Positions 35,652 through 47,600 of a DNA stretch of 64,000 bases are shown one piece after another (position 1 is the first letter of the stretch; every line of letters begins with the position of its first letter). The notes under the pieces were generated by a model. That model had not been told where the DNA came from. It ran no database searches and worked only from the letters and a program-made list of their open reading frames with translations. The position numbers were made by a program, and so were the translations under genes. The DNA comes from Tricharina praecox (Eukaryota). The DNA is taken from assembly GCF_024521635.1 (NCBI RefSeq), contig NW_026250445.1, positions 1 through 64,000 on the forward strand, in the 5' to 3' direction.

Positions 35652-37308
35652 CTAGTGATGGTGGTGTCCCAGACTCCTCCTCGCAACCTTCTCCAGCGAC
35701 ACAGGGGGGCGGACCCACTCCTTCTCCCACGTCTCATTCCTGCGCAGCAGTGCCTGTGTTCGCTCGAGGTCAAGACCGAGCTGCTGGGCAACGAAGAGGC
35801 CGACCTCAGCGTTCTCGCGCGAGCCAGAAAACTTCTCGGAGCCCTTGCCCCAGCCGAAGAGGGTGACGTCAGCAGCGGTGTGGCCGCCGGTGGACCAGCT
35901 CACGCCGAGGCGGGCGGACATGGATGCGGACAGGAATTCCTGGAAGGCGGAGGTGTCGTTCTTCAGGGCGAGACCCTGGACGAGTTCCTCCTCGGTGGGG
36001 ACGGCGATGCCGTGCGCGGCGAAGATGGCCGTCTTCAGGTACGACTTGGGAGTGCTACCAGAGTAGGCCTGCCATAGCTTAGACAGCGGGCCGGGGGTGG
36101 CCTTCGCAGCCGCGAAGTGCTCCGGGGCGTACCAGTAGTCCGGGGCGCCATCGAGTTGGATCGAGCCGACGGTCAGTCCGCCGCACTCGTGGTCGGCGGT
36201 CGAGATCAGGATCGTGGGCGAGTCCTCCTCGTGCTCGTCGATCCACTCGCGCATGGCGAGCATGGCCGCGTTGTACGCGAGGATGTCGTGCAGGTGGCCG
36301 ACGGCGTCGTTGGCGTGGCCGGCGTGGTCGATGCGGCTGGCCTCGACAAGGACGAAGAAACCCTCGTCTGAGTCCTTGGTGGCACGGTACAGGTCGTTGA
36401 TGCCCTTGAGAGCCATCTCCTTGAGGGAGGGCTCGATCGCGGGGTTGCGGTCGACCTCGTACGACATGTGGTCCTCGGTGAAGAGGCCGAGGTAGGGGAG
36501 CTTCTGCTTCGAGTCGAAGCCGGCGCGGTCGGTGATGACGGTGTAGCCGAGGTCGCGGGCGAGCGCCAGCGCGTCGATGCCGTCGTCACGGCAGGAGTCC
36601 GCGGTGGTGTTGGGGGTGAAGAAGCACCGGCCTCCGCCCATCATGACGTCGACGGTGCGGCCGAGGGGGTGGGCGTAGCCGATCTCCTGGAGGGCGATGT
36701 TGGCCTCCTGGTCACGGTCCCAGACGTGGGAGGCGTAGGTGGCGGGGGTCTATCATCACAGTCAGGGTCATGCAGCACTCAATGGTAATGGGATCACTCA
36801 CGGCGTGGGTGATGCGGGAGGTCACGATGAGACCGGTCTTCATTCCCTTGAGGTGGGCGGCCTCGAGGACGGTTCCGCAGGGGATGATGTCGTCGTCGAC
36901 ACCGATGGCACCGTTGTAGGACTTGATTCCGCACGAGTAGGCGGTCGCGGAGGCAGCAGAGTCAGTGACATAGCTGTCGGTGGCCTTGGTGCGGACGAGA
37001 CCGATCACCATCTCGTCGATGGGCATCACGGTGGTGCCGTTGTTGGTCCAGTGGACGTAGTCGCGAGCCATAGTCTCACTGGCGATACCGAATCCATCAG
37101 GGACGACCTGGACAGAGAAGAGTCAGCATGAATCAACCAATGTTCAGGACAATAAGAGAGAACATACCATGATGAAGTTCTTGGGACCCTTCCCGTAACC
37201 CTTTCCATTTCCCTTTCCATTTCCCTTACCCTTTCCGTGGTCCTCAGCACTGGAGAGCGCCGTGAACCCCGCCAAAGCGATGACGAACAAGCTCTTGAAA
37301 TTGAACAT
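35652..37308 (-). CDS. Secreted alkaline phosphatase (Pho8/PhoA family), 514 aa
   Basis: Exons 37308-37168, 37107-36802, 36749-35652 (1545 nt). Signal peptide; motifs NFIMVVPDGFG, active site VTDSAASATAYSCG, RITHATPA, VEASRIDHAGHAND, TADHECGG, GHTAADV. Confidence 0.95.
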
Positions 37309-37636
37309 GTTGACCGAAGGTGTACAGTGAAGGATGCGGGTAGAGGAGGAAGACGGAGAAGGCAACAACGAACACAGCTCGGTGGGCGGACAGTGGAGGC
37401 TTTTAAGAGAAGCCCCTCCTCCACGACCGATTGGCCGTCCTACATGCGTCTGTAGGTACTCTCTACTCTACTCGAACTAGTCGGTGTCTCGCACATGCTC
37501 AATTGGAACTTGCCCGCCCAGCCTACTCTGCATACAAATCGCGATGCATATTCTGAGCTGCCTAAAGCGAGCTGCCGATCACCCCTCGGTCGATATCTGC
37601 CATCTATCAAACCCCCATGTCGCCTTCTCCGCGTGC

Positions 37637-37804
37637 GCCAAGCGCCCCCTCCGATTGGCCAGACGCCACGTGCGACAGGAACGTTTTCTCTCGGCGGATT
37701 CCGTGGTGCGACCACGAGGGAACGAGGGAACAATTTGGCCTGTTCGAGAGTGCGACCAGAAAAGAAAGAGGCGGGTAGATACGCCGTAGCGTGCGCACGT
37801 GGGG
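37637..37804. promoter_or_regulatory. Putative Pho4/Nuc-1-type E-boxes and a PacC site upstream of alkaline phosphatase
   Basis: CACGTG at 37667-37672 and 37796-37801 (the latter as GCACGTGGG); GCCAAG at 37637-37642; ATTGG (CCAAT box) at about 37654. All lie 330-500 bp upstream of the ATG. Confidence 0.55.
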
Positions 37805-39320
37805 TGCAGAATGGGGATTCGGAAAGTCTGGGTAGTGGGATGTCGGTTGACAGGGCTACTTCCTTAGTTTGGAGGATCACGGGCAATGGGGCCACGCACT
37901 CTCACTCGATTGATGACGTCGCACCCAGACTTGGATTTCTCAGACGTTTGATTTTTGTTCCTTCATCGCGTATTCCAGACGCCTCGGGAAGATCAAGGCA
38001 GCTTCCACGACCGAATTCTATCCGCAGACAGATGAGCTCGCCGCAACAATCCACCCGATGAGCGACTGAAGGATCCAAAGAAAGTAGACGACATGTAGTG
38101 ACAGCCTTCAAGGAAATTGACCGAAACCCTCCGCCCCAGCTACCTAGCTCGCTGGCTCCTGCCAAGAAGGCTGTGCCGCCTCCCCCCTCCGTTTCACCAT
38201 TCAATCTCCCGGGCGGCTTGGATTGGAACTTGGAAGGAAGAGATTCCCGGTTTGAATCCCGCATTGCTCACAACCGAGAATACGGCTTCAGTACCTACGA
38301 TACTTTAGCACCTACTCCAGGACCTACTTTGGCACTTATGAGAACCTACTCGATTGCCTAGGTACATACATGGTAGGTAAGCCAGAGCTTCAGGTACCTA
38401 TAGTTATGTCACTATATAGTAGTATTCCCTATTACACTGCCAGTACCTACACTGTCTCACTCGCCGAATATTCCGCGTCTTCTATGATATGTTTGTGCGA
38501 CTGGCCATCTCGCGAAGTGCCCACATATATATATATCCTCCCGATTACCTGGCACCACTAGTTACCGTAGTTGCTGTACACGTGGGTAGCTAATACACAG
38601 AAACCACGGATCCGGGCCGGTGCCGGTGCCGTTGCGGATGGATGTCTGATGTCTCTGATTCCGATCCATGACTTTCGATAGGTCCATATTTCGCGCACAA
38701 ATAGTACCGAGTGCCATACAACCGTCAACGAGTAGCCGTCACCCGCGCACGTCGGGAGTCGGAAGTGTTCTTCAGACACCGTGGGGGGGGTGGGGGGTAT
38801 ATAGAGGGGTATATACCCATATAGGAGAGGAATTCGACGATCAAATTTGGAATGACCTATTTCTGGTCGTAAAGTCTGCGAAACCCCCCCTCCCTATTTC
38901 TCCTCTTGTACCTGCCTCTATGTATCTTGGCAGCGCGAATAGACACCTTGGTCCGACATGAATCCAGTGATAGTTATCTGCCACCGCAAAAACTCCTAGC
39001 AGCTCATGTTGACTCAAGAGAGGTCGTGGAAGGAAACATAGAAAATACCTAGGTAGGTGTTGGAAAGAGACGAATACTCTAGGAAGGCCACGACAAAGGA
39101 AGAAAGAAGGGCATTCAAGTGTTGACAAGCAGTCAGAGTGCATCGTCAATGAAGCCTGGAGGTTCGAGTAAAGTAGATCTGCATGACCACCTCTATTTCA
39201 ATGTGTAGGCGAGCGTAAGCACTAAGCTGTAATTATTGTGAGGCACTCTAAACCGTTCACATAACATGAGTGAGTGATGATGAATGAATGCTATCATGGA
39301 AAAAAAGTAGTCGCCACCAC

Positions 39321-39570
39321 GTCAGTCTCCATCAGAGTACCCAATATGTTATCGGGTTGCCTCCAGCGTCAACGACAGCTGCAATCGAGCCGGCATACAC
39401 TCTACCAGCCTATACAGAACCTCCTCCGTAATCACCTTCTCCCAACCCAGTCGGTCTCCATCTACCTAATATGGTATCGGGTTGCCTCCAGCGTCAATAA
39501 CAGTCTGTAATCGAGCCGGCATACCCTCTACCAGCCTATACAGAACTTCCTCCGTAATCACTTTCTCCCA
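39321..39570. repeat. Imperfect tandem duplication (~125 bp) of the transposase 3' end
   Basis: 39321-39444 matches 39450-39570 (gtc.gtctccatc...atcgggttgcctccagcgtcaa...ttctccca). Confidence 0.85.
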
Positions 39571-40551
39571 GGCAGTCTGTATACACAACTTCAATGTCTC
39601 AATATCCGACACTCGTCCCCAAATCTCCCCCAGCTCCGTTTCTATCCTTTCCCACACCACCCCCATAGGGTTCAGATCTGGCGACTGCGCTGGCCAGTCC
39701 AGAGCCTCCATCCCGTTCAACTGCCTATACTCGATCGCGTGCTTTTTGTGTCCTGGAGCGTTGTCTTCCTGCACAACCGCCCACCCGTACTCCTCGCAAC
39801 ACCGCTGCCAAAAGGGAACCAGTGCGGGTTCGAGGACAGTGCGTACATACGTTAGGGAGTCGACCTTCGCTTTGCCGGGGATGTCGACGAGCTCGCACTT
39901 GGTAGTACCGCAGAAAGCTCCCCAGATCATCTGGGAATTGCGGCCACTGGAGGGAGTGTTCTCATCGATGCAGTCGGAATGATACTCCTCGTCCGCTTTA
40001 CGAATAACCCACGGCTGGCCCGCCCCAAAGCCAGATGTCGAGAAGGAGCATTCGTCCGTCCAGATTACCCGCTTCCACTCCTCCCTCGTCCAGTGCAGAC
40101 GCTCTTGACACCACGCCACCCGCTTCTTCTTATTCTCGGCACTGACATGGAATCTCTTCCTCGGCACACTCTTTGTATACCCCATCTTCTGCATTGCATT
40201 CTGCACCGTACGTGCAGAGCACGCATACCCCATCTCTCGTACTACATCCTCCCAGCTGACGCGTCGCGTGCCCTTATCGCGGGTAACGAAAGCCTCGAGC
40301 TTAACCTTCTCCTCGTCGTCGAAGATGACCGGTCTGCCGGGCCGCTTCCGGTTCGAGGGAGTGCCGTCCACCTTCCAGCGCTCATAGATCCGTTGGCACG
40401 TCCGCCGGCCGATCCCGAGCTCCCGCTCGATCTGTGACCAGTTCCAGTGCGCGTTCTCGCGCAGCGCGATGATCCGCAGCCGTTCGTCGCGTGTCGTCTC
40501 GCGGTGGTGGACGCCCGAGGGCGCGGGTTCACGTTTGCCTTTTTGCTTCAT
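39466..40551 (-). mobile_element. Tc1/mariner-family transposase ORF (HTH + DDE), third catalytic residue E replaced by G, no TIRs seen
   Basis: 361-aa ORF. HTH region, RPGRP linker, WKRVIWTDE, IWGAF, QEDNAPGH, WPAQSPDLNPMG (canonical NPIE), LVEGMPARLQTVIDAGG. Confidence 0.85.
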
Positions 40552-43352
40552 GGCTTTGGCTTGCGGGACGGGGGAACTTTTTTCGTGCGATGGATGAACG
40601 GCAATAAGCGGCGATGGCTACGGCGATGACGATGGGCACGCGCAAAGAGGGCAACCGACGATAGTTATGGTGGTGAACTGGGTAGAATCTCCTAGCTGTC
40701 TCCTTGCTCTGCTCTATCGCCACGTCAACCCCCAGTCGCCAAGCAACGCTACTCTACATACGCGCTTATAACTACGATCTTTCTTATCAGATCCAATCGC
40801 GATAATCACTTTCCAGTAGGTTCGTTCTCTCTTTTACTTCCCGAGAGCTTCGGAAAGTTGATACCATTTTGTCTCCAGGTTCAGCAACCGGTCCATTCCC
40901 ATGCCCCCAGCAACCCGGGAGACTCGAGAGGTGTGTCGTCGCCAAGAAACTGCACCAGGCATTGCTACATATCGCTCCTTAAGAAGTGCGGCTTCACCTT
41001 TCCTTGCGCTCACCGCTCGCTCGTGGATAGCTCTCGAGTCTCTCCGGCTGTAAGCGCACCACCTTCGATCCGCCCTCATCCCCGCTGGCCATCCGGGACA
41101 CGGGGGGTGACCAGTCCCTGCATTATATTGGCCGAGTGCATTCCGCGATCGTTTCCATTATCACCCCAAAACTTATCGAGTGATATTAATGTGGCTGGGC
41201 ATCGGACACGGAATTCGCACCGGTTGTTTGTGTTTCCCCGGTGGTGGTGGCGGAAGAGTGGCTCATCACGGAAATAATCTCTGGAGTGAAGCATCTGCGG
41301 TCAAGAGAAAGCCAAGAGGATTGGAGTCAGAAACAGTGGGGAAGAAGATAAGTAGTTCCGCGTCTAGGATTTCCACCCAGCAGCCGGGCTCGGGAGATGG
41401 TCTCCGCCCCGAGGGGGTCTGTCGATATGGACCTCGCCGATAAATCCGCCGTCTTCCCTTGCTATATAAGAACCGAGCATCGATGCGTACTGCATCTCGG
41501 GATGGTTCACTGTAGGGACTCGGATAGTGATAACCATCCCTGGGAATGGCTCGCCGTAGTGGAGGCGGCAGGTGTATGAACATTTATCGCGTGCATAGTA
41601 GGCTTGCGGTAAATATGTATGATGGACTGGAGCGACTGGGTTTCGGTATGTATAGGTGAATTATGAGGGCCCATGGGCTTATCTCCACCATCGTCATAAT
41701 TCATCACTCGAGTCCTAATTCTGCACCGCAAGGAGAAATGAGTCTGTGAAGGAGAATGAGAAGACGGATCAAGGAGATAATGATAAAGATGCACCGTAGG
41801 TATCCTACAAACAACGGGTCTCGATCATCCTCGTAAACAGACTGGACGGACGGTTGATCGCTCATACGCGAGTGCCGGGTGGTTACCGAGAGTCCCATTG
41901 GAGTCGTCACTTAGTCACTATCGCTTTTTTCTTGCGACACTTCGCCCCCATAATCGAAGTCTCCTCCCTAACTACTCTTTCTAGTGGGTTTGAAGTTGGA
42001 TCTTGTTCGCATTCCCTGTGTTGTCTATGTACATAATACGTGAAGATATTCCCGCCGCTGGTCCAATGGTTGCGACATGCCTTTGCTGTACGCCTCCAAG
42101 AACGTATCGAAAGCCTGGCTTTTGATCGTCTTTTTCCTCTTCTGCGGTCACGAGCGCATCCATAGCCAATCCCAGTCTGGTCTTCGCCTCTGCCATAGCG
42201 AATATAGCAGTGTACCTACCTACATGGTAAAAAGTTTGATCACGTATCAGCCCGCTTCCTCGAGGACAGAAAAAAGAGTAGATACTTTAGGTAGATAGGA
42301 AACAGGCCCACGCCGCCAACGGCCTCAAGAAAGACAGAAGAAAACAGAGAACAAAAACAGTACATAAAACACACAGCTACCAAGAAAACCCGGTGCACAG
42401 TGGCGCGACGGAAGCACGGCACTACCGCCAACATTCACCGGCCTCAACCCTCAACGATCCCCGGCTTCAGCTCATACCAGTAGTCCGTCACCATGAGTTT
42501 AGCACTGCTAAACACTCGTTCAACCTCTGCCGTCTGCTAACATAGCATCTATGCTTGAGATTTCTAGTGCCATCACAGACAGACAGACGAGGGTAATAAA
42601 CTCGCTGCTTCTTCCAAAAAATCACCAAATCCCCCGCAGGCTGCATCAGACTCCCGAGGCTCTTGGTTCCACCGTTCTTACTCGCAAGTCAATTTTAGTG
42701 ATGTTTCCGCCCGAACCGTCTGGATACCCACCGCTCGGGTGTTGGTGCATTTTCCAGCTGGACCAGCGAGGCCCGGAGTCGTAGCCCTGTTGCGCGAACC
42801 AGCCACAAGGCATGAAAGCTGTTGTGGGAGGAGGTAGCTGAAGGAGCTGTCGATTGGTGCCCGGAGGCCGTTGGAATTGAGAAGCACGTATTCTGCCTGC
42901 CAGAAAATCAGAGATTATTCACCGCATTCTTCAAGCTGGCTAGTTCTCCACGCCACACGTGTTGTGTGGTATGGTAGCTGTTCTTCAAGATAGCGCCAGT
43001 GCGCCACTTAGCCTAAGGATCCAGTCCGAGAGCAGCGACATAAACAGGCTGTTGCCAGCAGTGGGCTATGGAGAACAAATCTCCACGCTGTACTCAGCGG
43101 ACTAAATACGCCGAGCTGGGGAAAGGGAGATTGTGTGTATGTGTAGGGGTCTAGGGAGGGAGAGAGCGCGGAAGGGCGAAGGATGGATAGAGATGAGTAC
43201 TTACTTCGGCCACGCAAGCGGCTGACATCGCCATCCGAGCCGGCAACAGTTGATCGTTACCAATGTGAGGCTGAAAATCAGACAAGAGAAGAATAGAAGG
43301 TGTGCGGTTCAAGGGTTGAACATAGGAAACAAGAGGAAGTGGTGTTGTTGAG

Positions 43353-43382
43353 GGAAGGAAGGAAGGAAGGAAGGAAGGAAGG
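43353..43382. repeat. (GAAG)n microsatellite
   Basis: Read directly from the sequence. Confidence 0.85.
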
Positions 43383-44664
43383 TGAGATGAGGCAGTGGGG
43401 TGGTAGCAGCAATGGTGGGGCTCACTTCTAGGGTAGGGTAAGGCGGGGTTCTCTCGCTGTTGCCCTAGTAGGTAGTCTGTCTACGTCGCACTGGCACAGA
43501 CACACATCAGCGGCCAACTTCCACACCGTTTAATCTAGCTGTCTGCATTCAGCACATCCAATTGCGCCCTGCTTGTTGCGTGCTGCGTGTGCGAACCCTA
43601 TCGCTATCGCCACGTCCACCGTGAACGAGGAATCAGGATGAATCCAATTATCAAGGCATCCGTTCGAAGTTGGAACAATTGTCCTGCTGTATGGGTATCA
43701 TACCTAGTGGAGGATGAGCATGCATGCCGCCGCTGCTGCTAACAGCAAACCATAATCCGCACACACGTGTCCGTACGTGCTGCTGCCCTATCTTCGGTAC
43801 ATAGCATCAGCTGTGACTAATTCTTATTCATGCAAATCTGAATTCTGGCGGAATGTTCTTAAATACCTTCATGTTGGGTACCTGGTAGATCACTTGTCGC
43901 TTGATCACGTGACCGTACGGACATTTACGGTTTACCCCCAGCTCCCTCACTATCGACTCTCGAGGCTCTTATTCTTGTTCTCTACACGTACCAATATATC
44001 CCTTACCCGCCATAATCCCATGATATATCGTCCACCAGTAACCAGCAACCGAGCAGTCACAGCAAATATATCCAGCTCCCCGCGAGGTCCAAGGTCGAGT
44101 ACGATCATATGATGCATTCCCGAACCAGAGTCCGCCAGGCTGAGTCACAGGTTAGTGGCTTGCTCGATCATGTGGCCTGTCATCCTGTCATCCTCTCCTG
44201 ATTCTTGATGCCGAGCGGACGGGTGGATTTGATACTAGGAATGGCTGTGTGCTCGTATTCATGTTCGTGCTTCCCAGTCCCAGTCATCTGAAGTGTACTG
44301 CTGTCGATTGCAGTTGTCGGTGTTCAAACTTCATCTGTTCAACCGCTCAACGGGATCCCACGGGATTAAGCCAAACTATAGTACCGAGTGCTTTCCCACG
44401 ACTTTTCCCGGTGCGCACTCAAATTACTCTCATATAAACCTATAAAACAGTAAATAAATAAGTACATACAGAGTCCAAACAGAACCCCCAAATCTAAGTA
44501 AATACAATCTCCCATCTCTCAGCTCCCCCGTAGGCTCGTACGTGAAAAAAAAAGCTATGATAACAACTCCCAACATCCCCACATCCCCAGTCACCATTCC
44601 CCATTCCTTATTCCCTATTCCCCAGTCCCCAGTCCCCAGTCCCCGCGTCCCCAGTCCTCACGTA

Positions 44665-47600
44665 TTACACCCCCCTCCCACTCCCACCCACCGCCTTCCG
44701 TCCAACAGTCATCTCCCTCCTAACCGGGCGCTCCTGCCCCACCCGCTCCTGTCCCGCCTGCCCCAGGACCACATTCGTACCATCCCCCTCACCCTGCACG
44801 AGCCCATCCTGCCCAGCATTCGCCTCAGCAAGCGCATTCCGCAGCCGCGTGCGCCTGCTCGTCTTCCGCTGCGGGTGGGGGTGGTACCGATCGCCGCTAT
44901 TGCCGTGCGAGTTCCCATTCCCGTTCCCATTCGCGTTCCTATTCCCGTTCGCGCTTCCATTCGCCGCACCGCGGAACGGGAGCACCTGCAACGTCTCCGC
45001 CGGTAACTCGGCCCCCATTTGTGCTGTCGGCGGCGGCGGTGGCGGTATATCCCCGCTCGAACCCGAATTACACCGCGAGTGAGAGTTACCGCGAGAGCGT
45101 GAGTGATACCCGCCATCACTCGAGCCCCCGAACGACATCGGCGACGGGGGCGCGAACGTATCGATGACAGCAGCGAGCTCTGTAGCGGTTGGCTCTTCTG
45201 CCGAGTGCTTGCAGAGGTAGGGGAGTGGTTTTGGCGGGAGCGGTGGGGGCGCGGTGGGGTCGGTGGGACTGGTGGGACTGGCGGGATTGGTGAGATTGGT
45301 GGGATTGGATATGGGTAGGGGCAGGGCTGGCGATTCTGGGAGCCGGGGGGCCGAGGGCCACGTTCCGACTGGGTAGAGTTGCAGTGGGACGGTTATTGCG
45401 GGTGGGCGCGGTGGGGGTGAGGGAGCAGGTGGGGAGGTTGGGGAGGGGGTTGACGGGGCTGCTGAAGGTTTTCGGGTTGGGGTGGCGGATGGTGATGGTG
45501 ATGTGCTTGATTGTTTATGTGGTAAAGGTGGCGGTGGGGGAGGCCTAGAAGGCAGCGGGTATGTGGTCTGAGTAGCATCCAGTGGTGTCTTGGTTGGCGA
45601 GGTGACTTCAGGTGTTGCCAGGAGTTTTCTGCGAGTACCGCGACGTGGAGGTGGAGCTGGCGGTGCCCTAGTGGGAGGGGGTGGGGGCACCCTGTTTGGG
45701 GGGAGCGGGGGCGCCCTGGTAGGAGGGGATGGGGGGCCTGCGGTCGGAGGTGCAGGGGTCTGCGCGGATGGGGTCACCACTTTCGGCGCAAACGTTTCGA
45801 CGGCGGGAGGCTCCATGACGAAACTCGTAACAGGCGATGTCCTCGTCAGTACCATGGGCGGCGGTTTCGTTGGTGTCAGAGGGGGCGATGGTTCCGCATC
45901 CACCATCGGGGGTGGGGGCGGAGCTCGTTCCGGAGGCACAAGCACAGGCGCAGGTTCCAGTGATAAAAGATCCTCCACCGAACTCGAAGCGCTAGTCCAG
46001 GTAGCAGTGGAGGGAGTGCCTGGAGTCGGCGGTGTTATCGGTGGAAGGGACGGTGGTGGTGGTGCAGGCGGCGGAGTGTAGACCGGTACGGCCGGTGCAG
46101 GTCCCATAGGAGATCCAGATCTGCTCACGATGCGGGATTGCGGAGATGATTCCTGGGTGGCAGTCTCTGTCATGGACTCTTCGTGCGGAACAGTCGAAGA
46201 TGATGATGCCCCTAAACCTCCTTGAACCATTTGTCCCAGACTGCTCTGCTCCTCGGAATGCCGCCCATACAGTTCCGGGGCAAAAGTAGGAGTGACAGGT
46301 GCCGGCGGAGACGGTGGTATGACTGTGAGGGAAGGTGGCATAGTGACGCTAGTGACAGCTCTTGGCCGGACACTTCTCCCAACTTCCGACTGCGAAGGTA
46401 ATATCGGCACGGGCTCCGTTTGCCTCCGGGTGATATTTTCCCTCACCGACGGTACCGCGTCCTCGAGATCGGCTGTAGCCAGATCCTCGCGGTTCAGCGG
46501 ATGCGGGGTCTCTGGGGCCCTCACATCCTCAATCCTCACCTCGGTCGCTTCCCTCCGTTTATTGTGGCGGCCAGGAATCAGCGCTGAAGGGACAGCCTCA
46601 TTCCCTATGCGCACAGCGGGGATATGATCGGAATGCAGCTCTGCCGGGCGTGCAATCTGCGAGGCGGATCGGGCGAGTGGTGTAGTTTCCAACCTCTTTC
46701 CGTGGAACGTCAGTGGTCCCAGCTCCGGCTCCCAGGGTCTGGACACGGCCACCGGCGGGCCCACGGCAAACGCCGGCATCGGAACGGAAGCCCGAGCTGT
46801 GGACTTGGGCAGCTCTCCGAATCCTTCCATCTGCGCGCGCCGTTCATCTTGTTCCTGCGCCCACCGCTCGTCTTGTGGCTGCGCGAGAGATCCGCCGGGG
46901 CTGTCCAACGTCATGCTGTGCCGACGGTTCGCACTTTTTGGTGTCGATGTTTGACTGGTGCCTCGGCCGCTGTCGAGCGAATTGCGCGTTGGGGTTGTGT
47001 TTCCAGGTGCGTGATGTCGGGGGTCCTGCTCTTCCATGTGGGCGTCGAGGAAAGGTTGTCGCCTTCGGGACTGTGTATCCACCCTGAATGCATCGTGCGC
47101 ATGCTCCTCGTGGAGGTCGGCGAGAACCGGACGTATGTTTACCCATGTGTGACGCCGGGCATGCGAGTTGGGCAGAGAGTTGTTGGGGAGGGGTGGTGGA
47201 GCGATGTTGAAAGCGGGCGATAGAGAGGGTTTGGGTCCAGTCGAAGGCGGCCGGTCGTAGGTTGGAATCACTGGCTCGGTCGCGCGGGAAATAAGATATG
47301 GGTCCGGTATCGCTGGGTCTTCTGTTGGCCACGGAACCCTCGGAACTATTGGCTCACTCGCTTGGGATACCAAGTTGGGCGGAAGTGGAACGGTCGAGAC
47401 CACCGGAGCATCTACGATGCTTACCGGTCGGGATGGCATAGGAGTGCCCGCCGGCGGAATCTGTGGTGGTCTGCGCGGCGGCATACCCGGTTGAACGGGA
47501 CCCTCCGCCAGCGGGACCAGCGACGGTGGTTGCAGTTTCCGCTGCCGCGGCGGTATGTACTGTGTGACATCTGGCATCGCAACTATTTCCACGGGCACCG

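Noticed and set aside
31303..36788. Many long antisense ORFs over CAND1 and the phosphatase
   Set aside because: Expected shadows of GC3-rich coding sequence.
41700..43240. Minus-strand splice-like signals (GTAAGT at about 43204) and short ORFs such as MAEAKTRLG...
   Set aside because: I could not assemble an open spliced frame or recognise a domain. It may be a decayed gene or lncRNA.
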